Positions 7,228 through 16,404 of a stretch of DNA of 32,000 bases are shown here, one piece after another (within the stretch, counting starts at the first letter, position 1; every line of letters begins with the position of its first letter). A program made the translations under genes and the position numbers. The stretch is from positions 30,001 through 62,000 of the forward strand of contig NC_010296.1 of NCBI RefSeq assembly GCF_000010625.1. The letters are read 5' to 3'. The stretch is from Microcystis aeruginosa NIES-843. Its GTDB lineage: Bacteria; Cyanobacteriota; Cyanobacteriia; Cyanobacteriales; Microcystaceae. The notes below the pieces were generated by a model that saw only the letters and a program-made list of their open reading frames with translations, ran no database searches and was not told where the DNA came from.

Positions 7228-7674
7228 ATGCTAGGTGTTCATCAATTAAAACAACTCTACGAGCTTGATGACTCTCAATGGCTAGGAGAAACCATTAGCT
7301 TGCTTAGAAATCATCAATTTCAACAGCTAGACTTAGAACATTTAATCGAGGAATTAGAGGATTTGGGCAAAGAAAAGAAAAATGCGGTAGCCAGTCTTTT
7401 AGAACAGGTTATCCGCCATTTATTATTACTGCAATACTGGACTAAGGAGGCAGAATATAATATAATTCATTGGCAGGAAGAAATCTATAACTTCCGTACT
7501 CAATTAAGGCGAAAAATGACGGCTAATCTCCGTAATTATTTAGAAGAAGAATTAAACTATATTTATGAAGATGCGTTAGGTTTCGTCAAAATCAAAACAG
7601 CGAATACTGTGATTTTTCCCTCTCAATGTCCTTACTCACTAGAACAATTACTAGATCGCGATTGGTTGCCATAA
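7228..7674 (+). CDS. DUF29 protein (full length)
   Basis: LYELDDSQWLGETISLLRNHQFQQLDLEHLIEELEDLGKEKKNAV is the DUF29 signature. Confidence 0.75.
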   Translation: MLGVHQLKQLYELDDSQWLGETISLLRNHQFQQLDLEHLIEELEDLGKEKKNAVASLLEQVIRHLLLLQYWTKEAEYNIIHWQEEIYNFRTQLRRKMTANLRNYLEEELNYIYEDALGFVKIKTANTVIFPSQCPYSLEQLLDRDWLP

Positions 7675-7709
7675 AAATTAATTAAACAACAAAAAGAGAT
7701 GAAGAAATT

Positions 7710-8279
7710 ATGTTAATCACAAAACCCCGCTTTCAAACCTTTGCCGAATATCTACAATATGAGGATAATTCAGAGGAATCTTATGAATTATTTAACGGAG
7801 AATTGGTAGAAATGCCACCAGAATCAGGACTTAACTTTCAAATTGCTAATCGTCTTTTTCTAGTCTTTGCTTTAATGCTAGGAACCGATAGAGTCAGAGG
7901 ACATGGTTTAGAATTAGAAGTGAGAGGCGAACCGAAAAACCGTTATCCTGACTTAACCATTATTCGAGAAGAACATATTCAATTACTCTCCCAGAGAAAT
8001 ACGATTCTTCTTTCCATGTCACCCCCCTTATTAGTCCTTGAAGTGGTTAGTCCGGGGGAAATCCAAAGAGAGAGAGATTACATCGCCAAAAGAATTCAAT
8101 ATCAAGATTGTGGGATTCCCGAATACTGGATCGTTGACCCCCAAACTCAAACCATTTTAGTCTTAGAATTAAGAGGAAATACTTATACAAAAATCGGTAA
8201 TTTTAGCAATGATGACTTAGTAAAATCTCCTGGATTCAAAGAATTAAACTTAAAGGTTTTTGATGTATTTAATTCTTAA
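7710..8279 (+). CDS. Uma2-family (DUF820) endonuclease
   Basis: PPLLVLEVVSPGEIQRERDYIAKRIQYQDCGIPEYWIVDP is the Uma2 core. Confidence 0.75.
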   Translation: MLITKPRFQTFAEYLQYEDNSEESYELFNGELVEMPPESGLNFQIANRLFLVFALMLGTDRVRGHGLELEVRGEPKNRYPDLTIIREEHIQLLSQRNTILLSMSPPLLVLEVVSPGEIQRERDYIAKRIQYQDCGIPEYWIVDPQTQTILVLELRGNTYTKIGNFSNDDLVKSPGFKELNLKVFDVFNS

Positions 8280-8625
8280 TTTTATCGGTTAACCCAAGAA
8301 TTAAAAAATGATGAACGGCTTAACTATTCCCGGATTAAAAGAACTACAAAAACAAACGAAAGGCGCATCAGAAATAACCGTCGCCATTCTTGATGGTGTA
8401 GTTGATACCGACCATCCCTGCTTCAATGGGGCAGACCTAACCCGTTTACCCACCCTCGTCCAGCATCAAGCCACCGCGGGGCAAATGTCCACTCACGGAA
8501 CCCATATTGCCAGCCTCATCTTCGCACAACCCAATAGCGACATCCAAGGTATTGCCCCCCAGTGTCGAGGCCTACTCGTACCCGTCTTCTCCGACGATAA
8601 CCGTAAACTCTCCCAACTCGATTTA
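8222..8625 (+). repeat. 404-bp direct repeat, left copy (Uma2 3' end + intergenic + first 106 codons of pirA)
   Basis: Matches 13087-13489, with one indel in an A-run and a few substitutions. Confidence 0.9.
8308..8625 (+). pseudogene. pirA: Orphan 5' fragment of the PatA-type protease gene, truncated by an IS
   Basis: Identical over 106 aa to the start of 13172..14089. After 8625 the ORF reads into the IS terminus (LDFGQRKTDL...). Confidence 0.85.
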
Positions 8626-8789
8626 TTGGACTTTGGACAAAGAAAAACAGATTTGCGTAAAACTTACGCAAATAAAATTTGAGGCAATATCTCCTTTGTC
8701 TCAGCCAGAAAAAAAGCTGAAAAATAGCGGTTCTTAAGGTCTTCTTAGCAAGACTTAGGGAACTTTCATCTTTTCTTTTTTACTTTTTG

Positions 8790-11048
8790 CCCACATTCCG
8801 CACCCTAAGTGTCACAACGTCTCAAAAGAGGAAGGGGCGCGAGTCAAAATACTTATCTAGAGGAGTGAGTTGGCGGCAAGCTGCCGGCAACTAAGCCGAA
8901 AATTTCAGAGTTCCCCCAGTCATTCTCAATAAACAGTGCTTGTTGAGAATGACTAGGCAATCAGACTTAACATCTAGGGGGAGATGTTCCAGTTGCTCGC
9001 TTTGTTTTGTCACCCCTTGAAGTCAATCCATCTGGTCAAGATAAGAGATAATATTCTTGGCAAGGTTTGGGGAAAAATCTCAAAATGTTGCGCCTCTCAT
9101 CCGTTAAGTTGCTAATCTTTTGATTGTCTTGAATACGTAGGAGATGAATCCCTTGAAAGTTCTGAAATATCCAGCGTAATGTTGGTCGGTCAGTTAACTT
9201 ACCCAACGGATTTTTCAGTCCCGTCTCCTGCTGTTTTAAACTTAAACGAAGTTGTCTTTGACCAATAGTATAAACCAGCAGGCACAAGCCCATGAGCATG
9301 GCCATGACCTCGATTCTATGGGGAGATTTGAGAAAGACACTGTGGGCAAAAAAGCAGGGGTCTTTGAGAAAAGAAAATCCTCTTTCCGGAGCTTGTTGCC
9401 CTTTATATTTTTTGAGTATATCCTCACTGCTTAATCGTTGTTTCTCCAAATCGTTAGTTGCTAAAACGAATCGTCCTGCTCGTTTCTTTAGCCTCTCAAT
9501 GGCGGTCAAATTCAACTCTAATTTGGCTTGAACTTGATAGCTTTGAGAGGGTAAATCGTCTTTTGATTTGAGTTTTGACCCCTGGGACTCAGGCGGAATG
9601 AGATTGACTTTAATCTCCGTTAACTGATGAGATTTTAAGGAGTCAGATAATCCTTTGGCTATCGCCAACGCCACCGCTCTATTCTCAAATTCTCTTCGGG
9701 ATAGTTGCCGGATTTTTTCTTGGGCAGAATTCTTTTCCTGCTCGATTTTTTTCTCTAATTTTTTCAAGTCTGATTCTTGTCTAGCTTGACTTTCAACTAG
9801 CAACCATCTTTGTTCTATCCCCCCATAGTTAGAGATGGTTTCCCGCCAGGAATAACCCGGTATTTCTGAATCGGTTAACTCTTTTTCTGAGATGCTATCA
9901 ACCAACTCTTGAGCCTCTTTAATGCTTAATGGTACTCGAGACAACCAACGCATTTCTTTCATTAGTTTTAAATTCTCTTTGCTATAGAGGGCGCTATCGC
10001 CGACTATTAAACTGTCAAAGTCAACTTGTTTTTTAAATTCTCGGGCGATTTGACCAAAAACCGCTTTGTCCGCTTCATTTCCGTCCCCTACTTTCAGGAA
10101 TAAAGGTACATCTCCATCCCCACTTACGATTAAGTCAATCATAAATTGTTTTAAGTCAGGTCTTCGGTCGCGGGAGTATCCGTAGGTAATTTTTATTGGC
10201 TGTTGTCTGGTTTCAATTTCTTCTCCCACTGCTCCTGATTTCAGGATTTCTACTGTTGGGTATTCCTTGTTATATTCTCCTTCTACTGATAGAGAAGTCG
10301 AATCTAAATGGGAGTTCTCGGTTGCTACACCAAATTTTTTCACGGCCGCTAAACTAATCAGTAGGAAAATGACCGAAACATTAAGTTGATAAAGTTTGTC
10401 CATTACTCGACCAATTTTATCATCATTCAGGTGTTTTGGTTCGATGCCCTCTCCCAGCAGATGTTCGGTTGCTTTATCTTCAAAAAATTGAGGAAATAAA
10501 TACAAGGCTCGGGAGACAAATCCCAATCCATTCAGGATAATTGCTTTCACGACTTGCCCCGCTGTGACAATTTCTCCTCGCTCAATTGAGACTTGTTCGT
10601 TGATAATTTCAACGATTCCTATTTCATCGATAATTCCGGCTACTAATCCCAGATGGTCTAGATTTTTGACTTCAATTTCTGTTGATTGATTCATGGTCGA
10701 ACAGTCCACTCGCCTCAGTTTTCCAACAATTCCTATTGGGACTTAAACAAAACCTAAGACAAAAATAGCTTCAAACCCATACAGAGAGATGACTTAAGTT
10801 CAAACAACACTCAATCTAGTCTTCTTGAGGGTTTCAGTCATTTTTTTCTTATTTACCTCTTTCCCTTATTCAGAGGGTTTTTCAGTGCTTTTATGGCTCG
10901 AAAAGTGTCTAAGTCCCACTATTTTTTCATAATTAGGGTCTCAAAGCCCCCCTAGCGGCCACCGAGAAAACCTTCACCAGCTAAGTATTTTTACTCAAGT
11001 CTCTGGCGGGGGACAGCTTATGTGACAGTTGAGGGTGCGGAATGTGGG
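8790..11048 (-). mobile_element. IS1634-family (IS4 superfamily) element nested in the outer IS (2259 bp)
   Basis: Inverted repeats CCCACATTCCGCACCCT at both ends. 6-bp TSD TTTTTG at 8784-8789 and 11049-11054. Confidence 0.8.
9036..10709 (-). CDS. IS1634 family transposase
   Basis: 557 aa. The N-terminus NLDHLGLVAGIIDEIGIVEIIN and overall architecture are typical of IS1634/IS4 transposases. Confidence 0.8.
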   Translation of the reverse strand: MDCSTMNQSTEIEVKNLDHLGLVAGIIDEIGIVEIINEQVSIERGEIVTAGQVVKAIILNGLGFVSRALYLFPQFFEDKATEHLLGEGIEPKHLNDDKIGRVMDKLYQLNVSVIFLLISLAAVKKFGVATENSHLDSTSLSVEGEYNKEYPTVEILKSGAVGEEIETRQQPIKITYGYSRDRRPDLKQFMIDLIVSGDGDVPLFLKVGDGNEADKAVFGQIAREFKKQVDFDSLIVGDSALYSKENLKLMKEMRWLSRVPLSIKEAQELVDSISEKELTDSEIPGYSWRETISNYGGIEQRWLLVESQARQESDLKKLEKKIEQEKNSAQEKIRQLSRREFENRAVALAIAKGLSDSLKSHQLTEIKVNLIPPESQGSKLKSKDDLPSQSYQVQAKLELNLTAIERLKKRAGRFVLATNDLEKQRLSSEDILKKYKGQQAPERGFSFLKDPCFFAHSVFLKSPHRIEVMAMLMGLCLLVYTIGQRQLRLSLKQQETGLKNPLGKLTDRPTLRWIFQNFQGIHLLRIQDNQKISNLTDERRNILRFFPKPCQEYYLLS

Positions 11049-12540
11049 TTTTTGTCTGTTTTTTGATAACTTGATGGCGGGTTCGTGGCACTTTTTTATA
11101 ACCTTTAATTCGTCCAGCCGAATAACCTCGGCGTTTGGGAGATTTGACCAAAGTGCCAATCTCCGAAATTATTCTGTAAAAGTCTCTTTGAACCAAGCTG
11201 GGTGTAATTTCTACCGATTCACTTTTTTTCAAATACTGCTCCCAAGGACGGGGTAAAACCAGAGCTAATTTCCTAGTTGCCCATAAATTTACAGCAGCTA
11301 ATAGGGTGAGTTGAACCCAATTTTCCTCATGATTAACTTCAGGGGTATAATAGGCATTCAGCAACAATTTTTGTTGACCAAATCGAAAAAGATGTTCCAG
11401 ATCATAACGTTGTCCATAAGCCTCATAACATTCTTGAAGACTTAACTCATAACGACGAGAACCAATAAGGATAAGCCACATCGGTTTCCAGACGGCTTTA
11501 CCAGTTTCATCACTGACAATAATTTGTAGTAAGGTAAAGGGATGAGAGTGCATTTCATAGTCGGATGTTCCCCTCATTAGCATTTGTTTCCAACCAGAGA
11601 TTTTGAGATTAAGTTCACGTCCCCTTTTAGTCGTAAAAGTTGATTGAATGATTTCATCTGGTTCGAGCCAAGTTGTCTCATCTTTGAGGTCAAATTTATC
11701 CCCATACCAACGGGGATGACCCGGTTGTTTGGGAGAATAATCTTCAGGAATAAATTGCCGATAAAAGACCCGATTACTTCTCCCTCGTGTGAGGGTAACT
11801 AAATTATTTTGCTTGACTTGTTCTCCAAGAAAACCTCGCTGACTATAGAGACTATCAGCGACTAAAACTGATAATTTATCTTTCCAGGGAACTGAGGAAT
11901 GGTTCAGGATTTTTTTGACTTGGTTACTGGCCACAGAAATGTCTTTTTCTCCTGAAGATACTCGTTGTCCTGACAGGGGAATTGCCCAAGGCACGTTTCC
12001 CGTTTCACTTCGTTCTGGCAGAGCAGCAATTACTGAATAAGCATGACCAATATTGATGGGTTTATTGCCTTTGATAGTATTGGGTTGATAGATATACTTT
12101 TTGTCTTCTAGAGTCGCCGAATAAGGTCTTGGACAAGGAGTTACATCTACTCCAAATAAATAGAATTGTCTAGAAACGGGGGGAGGAATAGTAGCCGAAA
12201 CGACTGATAATAAGCTATCAAATGCTTTTTGATAATTGTCATTTGTTGGACTTGGTAAAAACTCTTGAATCCCTTTATATAAACTGTTATAATCTCGACG
12301 AAATAAAGGGTTCAAAGATAATTCGGCAACTGTTGAAGCTTGTCGATTCGACGAGAGGGAATCCAGCAATTCCATGACCGTCTCGCGTCTCGAACCAAGG
12401 GCGTTATAGAGTTGCCTTCTCCACTTCAAAAGTTCTTCGACATCAGGACAAATTTCTTGACTTTTCATCGGAAAAAATATATGAGAAATTAATCTGCGTG
12501 AAATATACGCAAATATTCTTATAATATAAGAAGCCCCCAA
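10981..12540 (-). CDS. DDE transposase of the outer IS (family uncertain), with its 3' end replaced by the IS1634 terminus
   Basis: 519-aa ORF. The last 22 codons come from the nested IS inverted repeat. Removing the nested IS gives a 506-aa ORF ending KQTKSKKEKMKVP*. Confidence 0.65.
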   Translation of the reverse strand: MGASYIIRIFAYISRRLISHIFFPMKSQEICPDVEELLKWRRQLYNALGSRRETVMELLDSLSSNRQASTVAELSLNPLFRRDYNSLYKGIQEFLPSPTNDNYQKAFDSLLSVVSATIPPPVSRQFYLFGVDVTPCPRPYSATLEDKKYIYQPNTIKGNKPINIGHAYSVIAALPERSETGNVPWAIPLSGQRVSSGEKDISVASNQVKKILNHSSVPWKDKLSVLVADSLYSQRGFLGEQVKQNNLVTLTRGRSNRVFYRQFIPEDYSPKQPGHPRWYGDKFDLKDETTWLEPDEIIQSTFTTKRGRELNLKISGWKQMLMRGTSDYEMHSHPFTLLQIIVSDETGKAVWKPMWLILIGSRRYELSLQECYEAYGQRYDLEHLFRFGQQKLLLNAYYTPEVNHEENWVQLTLLAAVNLWATRKLALVLPRPWEQYLKKSESVEITPSLVQRDFYRIISEIGTLVKSPKRRGYSAGRIKGYKKVPRTRHQVIKKQTKTHIPHPQLSHKLSPARDLSKNT

Positions 12541-12551
12541 TCTGTAAGCTG

Positions 12552-12987
12552 ATGCTCAAATATAATTTCTTGAAGACGAACCAAGAAGCTGGACTTAGAG
12601 CCAAACAAATCAAGGCTACTATTCGTAAGTTGAAGCAAAAAATCCAGAAAATCGAAGCAGAAGGAGAAGTCGCTCCGCCCCCTTGTCATGTGATTCGTTA
12701 TCAAACTAAGCTTTCATCAAAAAATTTACTGGTATTATAAACTACAAAGCAACGAACCGCTTTTTCCAACAGCAACTGATAGTAACAAAAAAAGTAAATA
12801 TTTATATTTAGGTAAAGCTGGAAGCGAAGCTCATCTTGAGGCGGTGGAAAAAGTAGCTCGAAGAAGTCTTATTGACGAATTAGAGAGAGTTATTAATTCT
12901 CTCCATGAAAGTTACTTGGATGTTTGTTTTGGAGGGGAAACGGAGCCTGACCCTTCTTATTATAACGAGGGATTAAAAGAGGAGTAA
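12552..12987 (+). pseudogene. Accessory ORF of the outer IS, apparently frameshifted
   Basis: A 62-aa ORF followed, in another frame, by YKLQSNEPLFP...LGKAGSEAHLEAVEKVARRSLIDELERV...EE*. Function unknown. Confidence 0.3.
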
Positions 12988-13086
12988 CCCTTTCCTCTTT
13001 GATGTGAGACTGACTAGGCAAAATTAAACGCAAATTAAATTTGCGTAATATTTACGCAAATTTAATTTTTTTTGTCCAAAGTCCAA

Positions 13087-13489
13087 AAAATCTCCTGGAT
13101 TCAAAGAATTAAACTTAAAGGTTTTTGATGTATTTAATTCTTAATTTTATCGGTTAACCCAAGAATTAAAAATGATGAACGGCTTAACTATTCCCGGATT
13201 AAAAGAACTACAAAAACAAACGAAAGGCGCATCAGAAATAACCGTCGCCATTCTCGATGGTGTAGTTGATACCGACCATCCCTGCTTCAACGGGGCAGAC
13301 CTAACCCGTTTACCCACCCTCGTCCAGCATCAAGCCACCGCCGGGCAAATGTCCACCCACGGAACCCATATTGCCAGCCTCATCTTCGCACAACCCAATA
13401 GCGACATCCAAGGTATTGCCCCCCAGTGTCGAGGCCTACTCGTACCCGTCTTCTCCGACGATAACCGTAAACTCTCCCAACTCGATTTA
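13087..13489 (+). repeat. Direct repeat, right copy (403 bp)
   Basis: See 8222-8625. Confidence 0.9.
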
Positions 13490-14037
13490 GCGAGGGCGAT
13501 TGAACAAGCCGCCGAAAAAGGGGCAAAAGTGATTAATATTAGCGGCGGGACCCTCACTGATATGGGAGAAGCCGAAGACTGGCTAATTCGTGCCGTCGAG
13601 ATGTGTAACGAGAGAAATATTCTTCTCGTTGCTGCTGCTGGCAATGATGGCTGTGAATGCCTCCAAGTTCCAGCAGCCCTTCCCGCCGTCCTCGCGGTGG
13701 GTGCTGTTGATGCTAGAGGCCATCCCCTCGACTTTAGTAATTGGGGGGAAACCTACCAAAGCCAAGGCATCCTTGCCCCTGGAGAAAACATCTTAGGGGC
13801 AAAACCCGGAGGCGGGACTGTGCAACTGAGTGGGACCAGCTTCGCCGCGCCCATTGTGGCCGGAGTAGCCGCCTTATTACTCAGCTTGCAGGTGCAGCGG
13901 GGAGAAACCCCCAATCCTCACGCAGTCCGGGAGGCAATACTAAAAAGCGCCCTCCCCTGCCAATATGCAGACAGCGAAAATGAACCAAAATGTTTAGCCG
14001 GAGTATTGAACATTTCTGGGGCAATTAAACAACTAAT
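13172..14037 (+). pseudogene. pirA: PatA-type cyanobactin N-terminal protease, subtilisin domain (5' part of the interrupted gene)
   Basis: Catalytic triad contexts AILDGVVD, HGTHIASL and GTSFAAP. Long collinear match to recalled PatA (GIAPQCRGL.VP.FSDD...QLDLAR.IE...INISGG...LLVAAAGN.GC.CL.VPAALPAVLAVGA). Confidence 0.9.
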
Positions 14038-14224
14038 GGGACTTAAACGCCAAATAAAGATCAAATCGAGTATAATCGTTAAAGAGTAAGCACTTTACGT
14101 TGAAAGATCAGCGATGAAAGAGACAACCCCAGCCGCGATGCCCCCATGCTTTGACCGATGGTGTCGGCGGTTTGACAATTGCTTCAAAAACGAAGCGCAA
14201 AAAAACGGCTTCAGACAATATTTA

Positions 14225-15222
14225 GGGTCTGCTGAAAAAGTTTTTCCTAGGGGCAGGGTGTAGGGTGTGGGGTGTGGTGCGATTCGTTGGCTAGAAACTA
14301 GACAGTAAGACGTTTAGAGGATTAGCCGCTTGGTAAATGTAGTACCTTGATAACTTTATAACCCTACAGGTGCGGGTTAGTAATAACCTTAGTCCTGTCC
14401 TCTAGATGCCTAGAGTGACGGCATTTCCTGCTGCTTTAGACTTGGTACATCTGAGGTAGTGAGCGAGGAAAAAAAAGCGGTATCTGATAGCCTAAATCAG
14501 AAACCCGTTGAGCCAGAACCTATGGATAGCCCTGGGGCGAAGATACGAATTAACCATCGTCAACACCCACGAGCCAAAAGGCTGACAGGCTCGAAACAAA
14601 AGTTAACAGAGTTGGGGCTGATAGCTCATACCACTATCAGTAAGGCATTCCCGTTACTCTGTTGTGGACAGTATCATCCTAAGGGTTCAACCAATGGTTA
14701 TAGGGAACGAAGTAACCCTGATTGACTCTGCCCGTTCGGGGCAGTAGGAAACCATCCGCAAGTCAATAGAGGGAGAGGATGTCCTTAAAAGCCAAGGCTT
14801 TGAGTAATATCAAAGATATGCTGACAAAGGACGGGTAACTAGGAAGTCTAAGCAACAATCAACGGTCATATACGCCCTAAAACCAACAATCTTGTCTGGT
14901 GGGGATACAGCCAAGAGGGTTGAATAGACAAGGAAATAATAATTCCCATTATTATTCTACTAATGACAGTAGCCTAGTTACTCAGGAGCCGGATACGGCG
15001 AAAGTCGTAAGTCCGGTTTTGAAGCAGGGGGTGGGAAGGCGACTTCCTGCTCTACTGTAACGGGTGTGGGGTTTGACCGATTTTGAGGGGGTCAATTACC
15101 TAATTTTCAGGGAAAAAGTCCCTGAATTTACCCCTGATCACTCCCATATCTGGTACTTTTTGAGGGGAAAAAAGTCCAAAAGTCTTATCCAACAAGGTTT
15201 TTAGATTTATTCAGCCAGCCCT
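14225..15222 (+). mobile_element. MITE (about 213 bp) carrying a group II intron
   Basis: Ends GGGTCTGCTGAA ... TTCAGCCAGCCCT. 5-bp TSD ATTTA (14220-14224 and 15223-15227). Same family as 27072-27496. Confidence 0.75.
14277..15061 (+). ncRNA. ORF-less group II intron (785 nt)
   Basis: 5' GUGCG. Domain V at 14986-15019 (GAGCCGGAUACGGCGAAAGUCGUAAGUCCGGUUU) has the AGC triad, a 2-nt bulge and a GAAA loop. Domain VI has a bulged A 7 nt upstream of the last intron nucleotide. The EBS1 loop CAUACC (14627-14632) and EBS2 ACACCC (14563-14568) complement the 5' exon GGGUGU-G-GGUGUG. Confidence 0.8.
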
Positions 15223-16404
15223 ATTTAGGAGGATTATTAGGGGAAAGTGAGAGGAAAAACCTCACTCAAATGGCCAATAATGCCGTCGGAGTAGTTTATA
15301 ACCGATTACATCACTTTTTGACCGAATCTCCCTGGTCAGACCGTCAGGTGAATGAATGTCGGTTGCAAGTGATGAACCAATGCCGCCAGACGCAAATCCC
15401 CCGAGGATTTTCCCTGATTGTCGATGACTCAGGACATCGAAAAAGTGGCAATCTGACCGCCGGAGTTGGCAGGCAGTACCTAGGAGAAATTGGCAAGACA
15501 GACAACGGAATAGTCGCCGTCACTACCCATCTCTACGACGGCAAAAAAAGTGTCCCCCTAGACATTGAAATTTATCAACCGGCTAGTTCCTTAGCCGAGG
15601 GGAAAGAAGACAAAGAATTTAAGAAGAAACCAGAGATAGCGATAGATTTAATTGACCGGAGCTTAACCAGAGGCTATCGACCGAAAATCGTCTTAATAGA
15701 TGCTGGTTATGGCAACAACACAAATTTTCTCAAAGCCCTGGAAGAAAGAAAGCTAAAATACTTAGGAGGATTGGCAAAAAATCGAAAAGTAATTATTGAA
15801 AAAGAAGGGGGTGTGGAAGAAACAATCCAGCTTGAGCAACTAGCAAAAAGCCTATCAGAAAAGGATTGGGAGAAAATCACCCTAAATCTAGATAAAGAAA
15901 AAACGGTTTGGGTAGCGGTATTCAGAGCGAAAATATCTCAACTAGAAGGAGAAAGGAACTTGGCGATCGTCATGAATGCAAGTTCAATGGAAAAAGCCAC
16001 AGAGGTGGACTATTTCATCACCAATGTAGTTGAGGCAGATACAGTAACAGCTTCGTGGATAGTGAGGACTTACACCGAAAGAAATTGGGTGGAAGTATTC
16101 TACCGAGAAGCCAAAGGATGGTTAGGGTTAAGGGAATATCAAGTCAGGGATAAACGAAGCTTACTTCGTCATTTTATCCTGGTGTTTTGTGCCTATACAT
16201 TTATCCTGTGGCATAAGTTAACTGGGGGATTGCAAAGGCAGTGGGCGAATCGACCTTTAAACACTTTTGTGGAAGCCTTGGAAGCTTTTCGGACAGCGAT
16301 GTCTTTCCGTTTCTTTGAGTGGCTGACCGAGAATCGGGATGTGTTTGCCGCTTACAAAGCCAGTTTAGGCTTTGTTTGGGCTTGAAATTTGTTTAAGTCC
16401 CAAT

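Larger units (their letters stand above)
8626..13086 (-). mobile_element. Insertion sequence (about 2.2 kb without its passenger) carrying a nested second IS
   Basis: About 48-bp terminal inverted repeats, TTGGACTTTGGACAAA...ATTTGCGTAAA..TTACGCAAAT, at 8626 and (complement) ending at 13086. Confidence 0.75.
14114..16385 (+). pseudogene. IS701 family transposase gene, split by a MITE
   Basis: MKETTPAAMPPCFDRWCRRFDNCFKNEAQKNGFRQYL (14114-14224) joins in frame to GGLLGESERKNLTQMANNAVG... (15228-16385) once 14225-15227 is removed. Confidence 0.8.
14038..16401 (+). mobile_element. IS701-family insertion sequence interrupting pirA
   Basis: Inverted repeats GGGACTTAAAC (14038) and GTTTAAGTCCC (ending 16401). 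3-bp TSD AAT. Excision restores the pirA frame. Confidence 0.8.

Noticed and set aside
14459-14725. An 88-aa ORF inside the group II intron, considered as a possible intron-encoded protein.
   Set aside because: It lies in domain I and not domain IV. It is far too short, it has no reverse-transcriptase or maturase motifs, and it has a GTG start. The intron is treated as ORF-less.
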